A DNA stretch of 64,000 nucleotides from Pseudomonadota bacterium (GTDB lineage Bacteria > Desulfobacterota > Binatia > Binatales > Binataceae), in assembly GCA_021323945.1 (NCBI GenBank), contig JAJPKA010000003.1, forward strand, positions 133,429-197,428. Direction: 5' to 3'. Under the pieces are notes generated by a model. That model did no database searches. It was not told where the DNA came from and saw only the letters and a program-made list of their open reading frames with translations. Numbering within the stretch: the stretch's first letter is position 1; each line of letters begins with the position of its first letter. Positions 50,930 to 61,038 of this stretch are shown piece after piece. The position numbers and the translations under genes are program-made.

Positions 50930-51313
50930 TCACTCACCCGGACGGGGTTGAATCGCAGCAAAATTGCCCGGGTTCTCTTCCATCGCGTCGCGCACTTCGG
51001 GATGCTCCTGAAGGAAATCGCGAAGGTCGCGGTGCCGGTTAAGATAATGTTGGTCGTTAATTAGCGAAGGTTTAAAAGCTAGAGCACGAGCGATAGTTGG
51101 GTGTTCTTCGGCAAAGCTGTCCCAGGTCCGCAAGGCTCTGGAATCAATATCGTTGGGGTTCGCGGCTTCAAATACGATAGTAGTATTACCCTGAGTAACC
51201 GAGCCCAACACGCGGCCACCAGAAGGCTCCTGTGGTTGTGACTGTCCCCTGGCTAAGTTGGGCAACACGCTTAGCGTCATTACCACAAGGGCGAGCAGAC
51301 AGTAGCGTCTCAT
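50930..51313 (-). CDS. Hypothetical secreted protein
   Basis: MRRYCLLALVVMTLSVLPNLARG signal peptide. Confidence 0.45.
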   Translation of the reverse strand: MRRYCLLALVVMTLSVLPNLARGQSQPQEPSGGRVLGSVTQGNTTIVFEAANPNDIDSRALRTWDSFAEEHPTIARALAFKPSLINDQHYLNRHRDLRDFLQEHPEVRDAMEENPGNFAAIQPRPGE

Positions 51314-51505
51314 ACAAGACCTCCAGGATTACAGAGACTGAGCTTGGAAGCACGGATAGCTGTGAATCCGGTGCCTGATAGCCGTTGCTCTAAGTAAATG
51401 GTAACGCAACCATCTCCTCATTCCAATTTTTTAATTTGCGACAAGTCGCTTGGAAGCCGCGTCAGGTGTGTTGAACAGCGATAGATTCGCCGATGCCAGG
51501 CGCAT

Positions 51506-51546
51506 TAATAAATAAAAAAGAGCCGGCTTGCAGGGGCCGGCTCTTT
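51506..51546 (-). terminator. Rho-independent terminator downstream of the FBP aldolase/phosphatase gene (stem AAGAGCCGGC/GCCGGCTCTT, T-run on the minus strand)
   Basis: Plus-strand text AATAAATAAAAAAGAGCCGGCTTGCAGGGGCCGGCTCTTTGTT. The GC-rich 10-bp stem is followed on the minus strand by TTTTTTATTTATT. Confidence 0.6.
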
Positions 51547-51565
51547 GTTAGGCCATAGGACCGCT

Positions 51566-52717
51566 TCACGCGGCCTTTTTCTTGCGGCTATTGCCGCCAT
51601 CAGGCGTTAAGTGTTTTTCTTCGCGGACTGAAAACCGGCCGTCCAACAGCGCCATCTTTTCGACAACACCGCCGTACTCCAACTCACTCATTGGTAGCAT
51701 TGCCGGTCCAGAGAATCCCTGCGCTCGAATTTCCGCGGCCTTGGCGGACACATTGTTGCGGACCCAGTCCCAGAACGGGTGATCGAACACATCGACCGCC
51801 TCAGTGAACTTTCCCTCGTGGACACAAAATGCTGCGCCGCTCACCACAGCAGGCCCGTCAAAGTAACTTATCGTTGAATTGAGCTTGACAGGCATCAGTG
51901 GTCCATGATGGCTGCCGCGCATCGTACCGGCAACATAATGTCCAATGCGAAAAGGCGAAAGGATTTCGCCAGTTGCCGGGAAGTTTCCCTGCGAGCGCAC
52001 CAACGCCACTGGATCATCCTTGCCGGTATAAGTGCCGGCAATGTTATGCAGCCGTGAGGTAGAGACCACGCAAGCGATCTCACCAGTCGCCCGGTTGCGG
52101 ATGGACTCGATGACAAATCGCTCATTGTCGCGCAGCAGGCAGGCAATATCATACAATTCTTCGGGGGCGTTCAATTCGATGATACGATCGCCCTCGGTGT
52201 AGTTGACATCCATGATGGTAAAGGTGAAACCCTTCGCCATCTTGGGTGACAACAACAAGCCCGCATTGTGCATCGGATCAGCAAATGCGAGATACAATGG
52301 CAGATTGTAAGCACCGGGGTCGGTTTTGTCGGCAGCGAAGAAGATAAATGGTTCGTTGGGACGCTCCTCGAATTCCATCTCACAAGAGGCAGGTCCAAGC
52401 CCGCGCACGTTGCCCGAAAAGGAATCTTTGAGCAGGTCCTGACCAGCTCCGTACAATCCCTGTTCGCGCGCCACCTTGGTCCCCGCCATAAAGGCATCCC
52501 ATGCCAGCTGATGGATCTTGGGATCATCCACCCCACGATCGTGCGCCATCAGCACCGCGACGTCGTCGCCAGTGGAACTAACGTAGACGTCACTCAGGAG
52601 GTTCTTGCCATTCTCGCGGACGAACTCCTCAACCGCTTGCTTCAACCGTGCGCTCGGTTTGATGTGGCCGCCGATTGAACCCACGTCGGCCTTGATCACT
52701 GAGAGCGTTGTCTTCAT
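51566..52717 (-). CDS. fbp: Fructose-1,6-bisphosphate aldolase/phosphatase (class V FBPase, archaeal type, bifunctional)
   Basis: The N-terminus MKTTLSVIKADVGSIGGH is the hallmark start of FBP aldolase/phosphatase. About 384 aa with conserved regions throughout. The start is the ATG at 52717 with a GGAGG RBS. Confidence 0.85.
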   Translation of the reverse strand: MKTTLSVIKADVGSIGGHIKPSARLKQAVEEFVRENGKNLLSDVYVSSTGDDVAVLMAHDRGVDDPKIHQLAWDAFMAGTKVAREQGLYGAGQDLLKDSFSGNVRGLGPASCEMEFEERPNEPFIFFAADKTDPGAYNLPLYLAFADPMHNAGLLLSPKMAKGFTFTIMDVNYTEGDRIIELNAPEELYDIACLLRDNERFVIESIRNRATGEIACVVSTSRLHNIAGTYTGKDDPVALVRSQGNFPATGEILSPFRIGHYVAGTMRGSHHGPLMPVKLNSTISYFDGPAVVSGAAFCVHEGKFTEAVDVFDHPFWDWVRNNVSAKAAEIRAQGFSGPAMLPMSELEYGGVVEKMALLDGRFSVREEKHLTPDGGNSRKKKAA

Positions 52718-53192
52718 AGCTTTGTGCCTCCAAGCCGGGAATCTGGATTGTGACCCGCCATGGTCTCGGACTGGAAACGGCTCAAAGGCCGGGTCGAACA
52801 ACCGCAGCTAGCACCACATGACCCGGACGGCCGCGACGGATTTATTTGGTAACCGTCTGCCGTTAATTCGTCAGCCGAGACCCAGCGTAGAGCGCCACTA
52901 ACAACGGTATCGCAATGAACACAAGCACGTTGCCGTTCCCCACCCCGCAAAGAAATATAGGTGAGTACGCTCTTGCCGCAATTTTCGCAGCGTGCCATCG
53001 GGAATGTGGATAAACTGGGCGCAGATTCGCGCATATTTAGATTTTCTTATAGTAGTCCGATAACAGTGGCGAAAGCAATTGACTTTCAGGGTACCCGGCA
53101 GACGGCTTTTCGCAATCGCCTAAGACTTTGAAAGGCGATTTGCGCGAAAGACGAATTAGTCAACCTACTGGAGAAAGCCAGGAAGCAGCCAA

Positions 53193-53903
53193 ATGACACT
53201 CCTTGCCTCCGATTTAAACGCTCGAACTATCGCTGACCGCCTAGCCGCCGGACGCTTGGCCGCCCGCGATGGACGAACCTATAACCTGCGACTAACCGAT
53301 CTGCGAGCAGTCCGGCCGCGCGCGGGATGGTTGCGGTTTGCCCTGAGTGTGCGGGACCAGACTGGGCAGCTTGCTTCGACGCCGCTGGCAGCTGGAATCA
53401 TAAGCGCGGGGGGCCGCGGCGTGAAGCCCTGGCTGGAAGTGAGCATAAATCCGCAACTCGAATTCGCTGATGGTGAAAAACTCGATGGCCGCCTGGCAGG
53501 GCTCGAGGAGGCACTAATAGACCTGATTGGCACATTGATTCCCCCTGGTGGTCATTTGATGGTCGAGTACGAAAGTCCCCCTCACACCGAAACTCATCGT
53601 GCACTGCTACTGGGCGTGCCCGCCGCCGCGACCTACCTCGGAAACCTGATGTTTAACGCAGGATTCCGTGGCCACTTTAAGGATTGGTACATCTCCGAAG
53701 GGGGTCACGAAGGGCCGCGGAAGCTTCAGGGAAATAAATCGCCAAGCGAAACCGCGGCGCGCGAGGCCTTGAGGTCTCATCTGACCGAACTCGCAAAATT
53801 TATCACGCGTCCCACTCCCGAAAATGAAGCCGATGCTGCCGTGATCACACGGGCTCGAGCGCGAGCAGACAAGATTCTACGAGACTTTCATGATGCGGGT
53901 TGA
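53193..53903 (+). CDS. Conserved hypothetical protein
   Basis: Coding-like composition over 236 aa; no family recognised with confidence. Confidence 0.45.
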   Translation: MTLLASDLNARTIADRLAAGRLAARDGRTYNLRLTDLRAVRPRAGWLRFALSVRDQTGQLASTPLAAGIISAGGRGVKPWLEVSINPQLEFADGEKLDGRLAGLEEALIDLIGTLIPPGGHLMVEYESPPHTETHRALLLGVPAAATYLGNLMFNAGFRGHFKDWYISEGGHEGPRKLQGNKSPSETAAREALRSHLTELAKFITRPTPENEADAAVITRARARADKILRDFHDAG

Positions 53904-53968
53904 TGCATTCGCCGACCCATCCGTCCGAGAATTTTAGCCAGGACCCGCTTCGAACTGACCTGGAAAGA

Positions 53969-54916
53969 TCAAGCTCGAACGTAAGTTTGGCCCAGAGCAC
54001 TCGGTGCCTTGGCCTGACCGCCAAAGGTCGCTAGTACAATCACGGTAAGTGCATACGGCAGTGCCAGGAAGAGCTGGTAGGGTAAGCCGCTATTCGCAGC
54101 CTGCAGGACGAATTGCAACGCCATCGCCGCCCCGAACAACAGGGACGCCGCCGCAATTCCGTAAGCATTCCAGCGTCCGACAATCACGACCGAAAGCGCG
54201 ACAAACCCTCGTCCGGCCGAGATCCCCTCTACAAATGTATTGGTATACGCCAGAGTCAAGTAGGCGCCGGCTAAGCCCGTCAAGCCTCCTGCGAGCAATA
54301 ACGCCTCCCAGCGCAGACGATAAACGTTGAGGCCGAGGGCCTCGGCCGCTTCGGGTCGCTCGCCGGCTGCGCGTATAGACAGCCCGTAACGCGTTCGTCT
54401 CAGCAAAAACCCCGTCAGGGGCACCAGCATAAACGCTCCATACACAATGGCGTTCTGATTGAATAGAACCGGACCCAGGACCGGAACGCGAGCGAGAGGA
54501 CCAAGCCCGATCGGCTGTATGGGGTTGACCGTAAAAGTTTTTCCGGTTATGCCGAAAGACCATCGGTACAAAACGCCCGTCAAGCCTGCCGCCAGGATGT
54601 CAAGCGCAGTTCCTGCGACCACTTGATTGACCGCGAGATTGACCACCAGGGCTGCTAGCAGGGCGTTCATCGTGGCCGCTGCACCTATTGCTGCCACTAA
54701 ACCTAACGTCCGACTACCGCTGAAGTAGGTGGCGGCGAACGCGAAGAACGCTCCGTTCAACATCGCCCCCTCGATGCCAATATTTAGGACGCCGCTCTGC
54801 TCGACCAGCAGCTCGCCGAGGGCGGCCAGCAGAATCGGTGTCGCCATTGCGATTGTGGACGTGAAGAACGCTTGCATGGACGCTCGCCCAGCATGGCCCG
54901 CTCGTTTGGAAGCCAC
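53969..54916 (-). CDS. ABC transporter permease (BPD_transp_2; nucleoside/simple-sugar YufQ-like), orphan
   Basis: PILLAALGELLVEQSGVLNIGIEGAMLNGAF is the signature N-terminus of this permease family. No ATPase, second permease or binding-protein gene is adjacent. Confidence 0.75.
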   Translation of the reverse strand: MASKRAGHAGRASMQAFFTSTIAMATPILLAALGELLVEQSGVLNIGIEGAMLNGAFFAFAATYFSGSRTLGLVAAIGAAATMNALLAALVVNLAVNQVVAGTALDILAAGLTGVLYRWSFGITGKTFTVNPIQPIGLGPLARVPVLGPVLFNQNAIVYGAFMLVPLTGFLLRRTRYGLSIRAAGERPEAAEALGLNVYRLRWEALLLAGGLTGLAGAYLTLAYTNTFVEGISAGRGFVALSVVIVGRWNAYGIAAASLLFGAAMALQFVLQAANSGLPYQLFLALPYALTVIVLATFGGQAKAPSALGQTYVRA

Positions 54917-55264
54917 GACTGTTTCTGAAAGACTCTGGTCCGATCAGCCGATTAACATGATCTAATTGAATTTCGGATGCGTGTCGAAGTTAGCTTGCGC
55001 GTATCGAAAAAAGCGCGGCGCGAGTAATTCTTTTATCTGACGAAAGCCACGCGGCGTTTGCTGCGACTTCAATTGATCCTATCCTGCCTCGCAATCCTAA
55101 ACTTAGCCAACATGTCGAGTGGAACTTTGGTAGCCGCCCAGCTTGAGCATCAACATAACGCCTTGAAAGATCGAAGCTAGGGAAGCCGGCCGCAATTCAA
55201 AACTGGCTTACTCTCGTTTGTATCTTAAAGTCTGTGATGACTATCTGGACAATGCTCTGACGAT

Positions 55265-55957
55265 TTGGAGGTAGAGGAGTTGGGCACCATCTCGGATGAT
55301 TTGCAGGAGCTGAAGCTACCGTTGCACGCCGACCCGTCCGGCATTGTCTGCCTTTTGCCCAGAGTCGGCCTACTGTTTCTCTTTGTCATTGCCTTCTTCA
55401 ATGCCGACGGACGAGCGGGATCCTTGAATAAGACGGTGGTGACGAAGTTTCACCCAGCGATACCTCATGGTCCGAAAAAGGTCGGCGAATGTTGGACGAA
55501 CTCAATCGCCGTCCCGCGATTAGATGCATGGCGCTGTATCACAGATAATCAAATCTACGATCCTTGCTTTTCCAGCCGTGGCTTGAAGGACGCCGTGATT
55601 TGCAATGCCAATCCAGCAGACGGCAGTCCTGGGTTCGTTCTTGAATTGGCCAAACCACTCCCCTCGAGATCGCGCCCTTCCGGCTCACGACGTCCCTGGC
55701 TCTTGAAGCTCGCCGACGGCTCAACATGCGAGCTTCAAACCGGGACCATTCCGTTGGTCGCGGGGTTGGAGGTTCCATATGGCTGTTCCGATTCCAGCGG
55801 ATGCAACCATAACGGCTGTCCGCGCATGACCGGCCTGACAGCCAAATTTCAGCAAGATAAGTTGTGGATGGCTGACAAGCTAACCTTCCGTTCATCAAAG
55901 AGAGGACTTGAACTGATAAACCGTAAAGCCGTCGCGGTCTTGGCCATATGGCAATAG
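55265..55957 (+). CDS. Hypothetical Cys-rich (about 9 Cys) possibly exported protein
   Basis: Internal hydrophobic segment (VGLLFLFVIAFFNA) and many Cys. Lower GC than its surroundings; weak coding evidence. Confidence 0.3.
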   Translation: MEVEELGTISDDLQELKLPLHADPSGIVCLLPRVGLLFLFVIAFFNADGRAGSLNKTVVTKFHPAIPHGPKKVGECWTNSIAVPRLDAWRCITDNQIYDPCFSSRGLKDAVICNANPADGSPGFVLELAKPLPSRSRPSGSRRPWLLKLADGSTCELQTGTIPLVAGLEVPYGCSDSSGCNHNGCPRMTGLTAKFQQDKLWMADKLTFRSSKRGLELINRKAVAVLAIWQ

Positions 55958-56647
55958 TACCGCAGTCTCATTTCGGTACTTCTGCTCTTGCGGTAGCGAG
56001 TCTTAGCGTTTCCTCCAGCTCCGGCCAATCCGCCTTTAGACGTGCTGCGAGGAAACCGGCTTGGTTCATTCGAGCGCTCTGTCTCACGGCGAATAGCTCA
56101 GGAAAGAGAATTCAGTGCGAAACCTCACTTGCCGGAAAGGTTTAGAGGCAGCCATAACTCGGCTATTCTGACACTCAATTCACCAAGGATCGTACGAATG
56201 CTAATCGGCTGATTGGTCTGCCTGGAATTCAGCAGTGGAGATTGCCCTGTGGAAGAAAAGTGCGAGTGGATGGGCTATCGGCGACCCTATGGAGGCGGTT
56301 GCCCCGGCCAGCTCGCTGCCAGTCATAATCCACTGCGAATCGGGCGCTACGGTTGCACGTGAAGTCAGAGTTAGGCTGCAGCTGAGCGCCCGTCGAAAAA
56401 ACACTCCAACGACACCCAGTACTGGGTGCAATCGCCTGCAGCGCCGATGTGCCGCACTCGCCGGACAACTCGTTGAGGAAAGACGGCAGGTAGGATTGCC
56501 TTTTCGCGCAAGGTTTCTGTATTCAAGCTTACGCTCCGGCGCTGCGCAATAGCACCCGCAAACGCGATCGCGCTCGAAACAGGCGGCCGGCAACCGTTAA
56601 TTTCGCGACGTTTCGGCTTGCCGGCAAAACGACCCGCCGGTTGCTGT

Positions 56648-57190
56648 TTAAGACGTCGGTTCAGTAGCCGCTTGCTGCGCTGTTTCCCTCATTAACTTTT
56701 GTATTTGTTGCTGCAACGCAAACATTTTCTGATGAAACTGCGCCATCCGGGCAACCTGGTCATCGCGCAAAACGCCGCGGATTTTTATGGACGCGGCCAG
56801 AGCTTCGCGTTGAATTTCTCCGTCAAGCTGAACCACCTTGTCTTCAAGCGGGGCCAGGTCAGCTGCACTGAGGTGGCCGGGAGCGAGCAGCCGGTTTGCA
56901 ATCTGCTCGTGAACCAATTGCAATTGTTGAATCCAAGGAGCGGTGCGCGATCGGCTCGAGCGCAAGATTTCACCGATCTGTTTCTGCTGAGCTGCGCTTA
57001 AGTGCGCTGCTCGCATCCCAATTAATAGTGCCGGAACTATCACTGGCGGAGGAGGGAAACCACTCCAAGTCGAGAAGAAGAAGTTCTTGTCGGGCTCCGG
57101 AGCGGCGCCTGTCACCATCGGCTGAGACCATCCGGCCGAAGACCAGAAGGTCACCAAAACACAGGTTAATACCAGTCCTGCTCTTCTCAT
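56648..57190 (-). CDS. Periplasmic Spy/CpxP-family (LTXXQ motif) protein
   Basis: Signal peptide MRRAGLVLTCVLVTFWSSAGWS and LTXXQ-like repeats (HLSAAQQKQI; LRDDQVARMAQFHQKM). Start at the ATG at 57190. Confidence 0.55.
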   Translation of the reverse strand: MRRAGLVLTCVLVTFWSSAGWSQPMVTGAAPEPDKNFFFSTWSGFPPPPVIVPALLIGMRAAHLSAAQQKQIGEILRSSRSRTAPWIQQLQLVHEQIANRLLAPGHLSAADLAPLEDKVVQLDGEIQREALAASIKIRGVLRDDQVARMAQFHQKMFALQQQIQKLMRETAQQAATEPTS

Positions 57191-57303
57191 GCCTGTTAAC
57201 TCCAATCTATTTTCTGTTAAGACGCGACACGTCGAAAAAAAATCACGTCTCGATCGGCCATTCGGCAATCGGTGCAGACTCGACGGGAGTGGCGTTTTGA
57301 GAC

Positions 57304-57741
57304 ATGCTTACCTCAGCAGGAGAGAACGAGATGCAGGCTAAGCCAATTCCCGTGCCGGACGAGCTGACACGCCCGTTCTGGGAAGCGGCCCGGGAACATC
57401 GGCTCGTCGTGCAACGTTGCATTGCCTGCGGCTATTACAACCATCCGCCTCGAAGCGCCTGTGATGCGTGTTTGGCGCAGCAGCTACGGTTCGAGCAAGT
57501 CAGCGGACAGGGTCGCATTTATTCGTTCACGGTGATGCATCAGCGCGACGTCCCAGGCTTCGAAGCGGAGGCGCCTTTCATAAATATAGTGGTCGAGCTC
57601 AACGAACAACCAATGTTATTAATGGTTTCAAATCTGCCTTTCTCCGAGCGCGAGCGAGTACGTATTGGCACTCCAGTAAAGGTCGACTTTGAAGAGCGCG
57701 GCGAGATAGTGGTTCCGCAATTTAGGATCCTTGATCCCTAG
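57304..57741 (+). CDS. Zn-ribbon OB-fold protein (DUF35 family; partner of SCP-x-type thiolases)
   Basis: CIACGYYNHPPRSACDACL rubredoxin-like ribbon plus a C-terminal OB fold (GRIYSFTVMHQ). Confidence 0.75.
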   Translation: MLTSAGENEMQAKPIPVPDELTRPFWEAAREHRLVVQRCIACGYYNHPPRSACDACLAQQLRFEQVSGQGRIYSFTVMHQRDVPGFEAEAPFINIVVELNEQPMLLMVSNLPFSERERVRIGTPVKVDFEERGEIVVPQFRILDP

Positions 57742-57832
57742 GACGGTTCAGCGCTCGAAGCTTTCGCATCGAGGCTCCTTTTGAGTTGATCGAACGTGTG
57801 CGCGATGAAGCGCACTCAGACGAGAAAAAGCA

Positions 57833-59023
57833 ATGAGCTCCACGCGCGGCAGGACTGCGATAGTTGGGATCGGCTATTCCGAGATCACACGTCGGTCAGA
57901 AAAGCCATTGGGCTTGTTGGCGGTCGCTGCATGCCGTGCGGCGATCGATGATGCAGGGCTCGATCCTTCCCAAATCGATGGTCTAACGACGTATCCCGAG
58001 TCACCCTTTGCTGGTGCTGGTAATCGCGACGGGATCGACGTCGTTAGCGTTATGTATATCGTTAATCACTTACCGTTGGCGGCCGATATTCGATGGTATG
58101 CGCAAATCGAGACCGGGATGATTGCCAGCCCGATAATCGAAGCTGCCAATGCGCTTATTGCCGGGGCCTGCGAATACGTGCTGGTCTGGCGGGCCATGCA
58201 CCGACCGGAGGGGCGTCCCAGAGTTGGCACCAGTGGTGCTCCGCGGGCGCCGGGAGAAGCGCAATTCATGGCGCCATGGGGTTGTACGAGCATCGTCCAA
58301 TGGCATGCGCTGGCATGGCAGCGCTATATGCATCGGTACGGAGCAACCCGCGAAGCACTGGCGGCATTGGCGGTCAACAGCCGGCGCAATGCCAATCTGA
58401 ATCCGCGTGCTTTTTTCTACACGCAACCAATGACCCGCGATGATTATTTCAATTCGCGGTGGATTGCCGAGCCTCTATGCCTCTACGACTGCGATGTGCC
58501 GGTAGACGGCTGCGTCGCCCTGGTGATGACAACGGCGGAGCGGGCGCGCGATCTGAAAAATCCGCCGGCCTACATCGCCGGCTGGGGACAGAACACTGCA
58601 CCGCGCCGCACCCTGCTCCATTACGCCTTGGACGATTATATGGAATGCGGCGGCTCCTTGGCGCGAAAATTGTGGCGCTCGGCCGGTCTGGGACCGGCGG
58701 ACATGGACGCGGCGGAACTTTACGATGGTTTCAACCCCTCGACCCTTTATTGGCTGGAGGCAGCCGGCTTCTGTCGCCAGGGAGAGGCCTGCATATTCGT
58801 GCATGACGGGCGAATCGCGCTCGAAGGCGAGCTGCCTGTCAACACCTTCGGCGGCAGTTTGAGCGAGGGCAGGTTGCATGGAATGGGACACATTGCCGAA
58901 GCTGTGCGACAAGTGACTCACCGTGCTGAACAGCGACAGATTAAAGATGCTGAGGCGGTATGCGCCATCGACGGCTCGCCGATGCTGCGTGGGAGTGGTA
59001 TTGTTGTTACCAGCTCGCCTTAG
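57833..59023 (+). CDS. Thiolase-like protein, SCP-x/lipid-transfer-protein type
   Basis: TAIVGIGYSEITRR...IDGLTTYPE N-terminus and C-terminal NTFGGSLSEGRLHGMGHIAEAV are typical of non-specific lipid-transfer-protein-type thiolases. Paired with a DUF35 gene. Confidence 0.8.
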   Translation: MSSTRGRTAIVGIGYSEITRRSEKPLGLLAVAACRAAIDDAGLDPSQIDGLTTYPESPFAGAGNRDGIDVVSVMYIVNHLPLAADIRWYAQIETGMIASPIIEAANALIAGACEYVLVWRAMHRPEGRPRVGTSGAPRAPGEAQFMAPWGCTSIVQWHALAWQRYMHRYGATREALAALAVNSRRNANLNPRAFFYTQPMTRDDYFNSRWIAEPLCLYDCDVPVDGCVALVMTTAERARDLKNPPAYIAGWGQNTAPRRTLLHYALDDYMECGGSLARKLWRSAGLGPADMDAAELYDGFNPSTLYWLEAAGFCRQGEACIFVHDGRIALEGELPVNTFGGSLSEGRLHGMGHIAEAVRQVTHRAEQRQIKDAEAVCAIDGSPMLRGSGIVVTSSP

Positions 59024-59074
59024 CTATCCGAGGTACCACTGAACGGAAGCATCCAAGCGGCTGGCGGCAACTGA

Positions 59075-60256
59075 ATGAGTACCTACCTTTATGAGGTCCT
59101 CGAGCGCCTGATCGCCTTCGACACGGTGAGCTCGCGCACCGTCCTCCCCGCAGTCGAATACCTCGCCGACCACTTGAGCGGCCACGGCTTCAAAACTGCA
59201 ATCCACAGAATTGACGTGCTTGGTCTACCGCAGGCGAACCTTGTCGCGTGGGCGGGTCCGCCATCACCCGACGGCCTGATCATCACCGGACATCTCGATA
59301 CCGTGCCGTTCGAAGGTCAACCCGGATGGGAACGCAATCCCCTCCAAATGGAGATCGATGCTGAGCGAGTGTACGGGCGCGGCAGTTCGGACATGAAAGG
59401 ATTTTTGGCGCAATGCGCCGAAGCAGCACGGACACTGGACAAAGCGCGGCTCAAACGTCCGGTAGTCTTTGTCATCACTGCCGACGAAGAAGTCGGAATG
59501 CTTGGCGCTCGCGAGCTTGCCCCTGCTTTGCAAGGGCTTCTGGGCGATATTCCGCGGCCCAGTCTGGCCTGGATTGGCGAACCGACCTCCTACAGCGTTC
59601 TGCACGCGCATAAGAGCATATGCTCCTTTGAGGTTCGGGTGCGCGGACGCGGCGGCCATAGCGGAACGCCGCATCACGGCGTTAATGCGATAGCCGTTAT
59701 GGCGAGGGTGATTGAAGCGCTCGGCCGCATTCAGGCTGAGCTGCGCGCCGAGCAAAAGCCGGATGTCGCCGACGTATTTCCCGAATCGCCGTACGACGTG
59801 ATGAATCTCGGCACGGTGCGCGGTGGGCTCGCTACCAATGTGATTGCCGAGGAGTGCGTGCTACGCGCCAGCTATCGCTCCTTGCCGAGTACCGACCCAC
59901 TTGCACTCTTCGACGAGATCAAGCGCCGCATAAGCGCAGTCGATCGCCACGATTTTGCGGGCGGCGAGTTAATTGCTGACATAGAGACGACCGTCTTGCT
60001 GGCGGCCCCATCGATGTGGACCGAGCGCGGCAGCCGCCTCGAGAAAGCGTTGTTCGAAGTCACCGGTGCCCGAACCGCACGTGGCGCTCAATTCGCTACC
60101 GATGGCGCTTGGTTCTCAAGTGTCGGTATTCAATGTCTGATTTGTGGTCCCGGCGACTACAATCAGGCCCATCAACCCAACGAATCGATCGGCCGCGAAG
60201 CTCTCGAACGCGGCCCGTCGATTATGACACAAGTCATCGAGCGGATGTGCATGTAG
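59075..60256 (+). CDS. M20 family deacylase (acetylornithine deacetylase/succinyl-DAP desuccinylase-like)
   Basis: LERLIAFDTVS, ITGHLDTVPFEG, GRGSSDMKG and ADEEVG motifs. Confidence 0.8.
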   Translation: MSTYLYEVLERLIAFDTVSSRTVLPAVEYLADHLSGHGFKTAIHRIDVLGLPQANLVAWAGPPSPDGLIITGHLDTVPFEGQPGWERNPLQMEIDAERVYGRGSSDMKGFLAQCAEAARTLDKARLKRPVVFVITADEEVGMLGARELAPALQGLLGDIPRPSLAWIGEPTSYSVLHAHKSICSFEVRVRGRGGHSGTPHHGVNAIAVMARVIEALGRIQAELRAEQKPDVADVFPESPYDVMNLGTVRGGLATNVIAEECVLRASYRSLPSTDPLALFDEIKRRISAVDRHDFAGGELIADIETTVLLAAPSMWTERGSRLEKALFEVTGARTARGAQFATDGAWFSSVGIQCLICGPGDYNQAHQPNESIGREALERGPSIMTQVIERMCM

Positions 60257-60400
60257 GTGTCGCGTCCTACATCGGTGACATCCATGTTGACAGGGCGATA
60301 TAGCGACGGGTGAGAAGCTTCCTCGATCGCAAACCCGTTAGACCATGGCCGTTCACTGTAACGTTAAATGTCCACGAGTTGGCAAAGGGAGTGCTGGAGT

Positions 60401-60863
60401 ATGCCAGACGCTTTTCGACGCCCACATTTGCGGCCGCCCTGCTTTAACAAGCATCCTGCGGGCTGCAATCGATCGGCTGGAAAAAGGCCTTCGGCTTAGA
60501 ACGTTCGATGGTAATCAGCAGCTCGAATGGCAACCTCGAGCATGCGGAAGTGAAGTTTGGCGATGGCTACCTAGTGATTGCGGGCGAATGGACTGATCTG
60601 GTCGCCAGCCTCGGCAGTCTTGGCGGCAAGAACGCCTCAGTGCTTCACGTCATCTCAACGAGAATTTTGATGCACATTGCGAACGCGTCCGGGCAGCGGG
60701 AGCCAAAACTGTTCGAGAGCCCGCAGATGAATTCTACGGCGATCGCACGTACATGGCGAAAGATCCCGAAGGACACCTCTGGAGCTTTGCGCATAATTTG
60801 CGCTACGTCTCGCGTGGAGAAGCGGAGAAAGCAAGTGGGTTTAAGATTGAAGGATGGGTTTGA
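60401..60863 (+). pseudogene. VOC/glyoxalase-fold (PhnB-like) gene disrupted by two compensating frameshifts
   Basis: The family-like sequence reads PALTSILRAAID in phase 0. It switches at about 60472-60476 to phase +1 (WKKAFGLERSMVISSSNGNLEHAEVKFGDGYLVIAGEWTDLVASLGSLGGKNASVLHV). It returns to phase 0 at about 60650 (HLNENFDAHCERVRAAGAKTVREPADEFYGDRTYMAKDPEGHLWSFAHNLRY..., stop 60861-60863). Phase 0 has a stop at 60594-60596 between the two switch points. Confidence 0.6.
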
Positions 60864-61038
60864 GAGCAGAGTCTGCGCTACTGGCCGGCGCTCGCCGCTC
60901 GCCCGGCGGCATGAACGGCAACGGCGAGCCGGCTAACTTGCCAAAAATCCTGGACCGGGAACCGATTCACGTTGAATCCCCTACGTGCCTTTCGATTTGT
61001 GGGGCACTCAGAGATTCTGTCCAAAACCGGCTTCTGCC

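Noticed and set aside
55958-56647. ORFs 56235..56552 (+) and 56201..56593 (-) in the 690-bp gap
   Set aside because: Both translations are Arg/Cys/Ala-rich without coding periodicity or motifs. Treated as non-coding.
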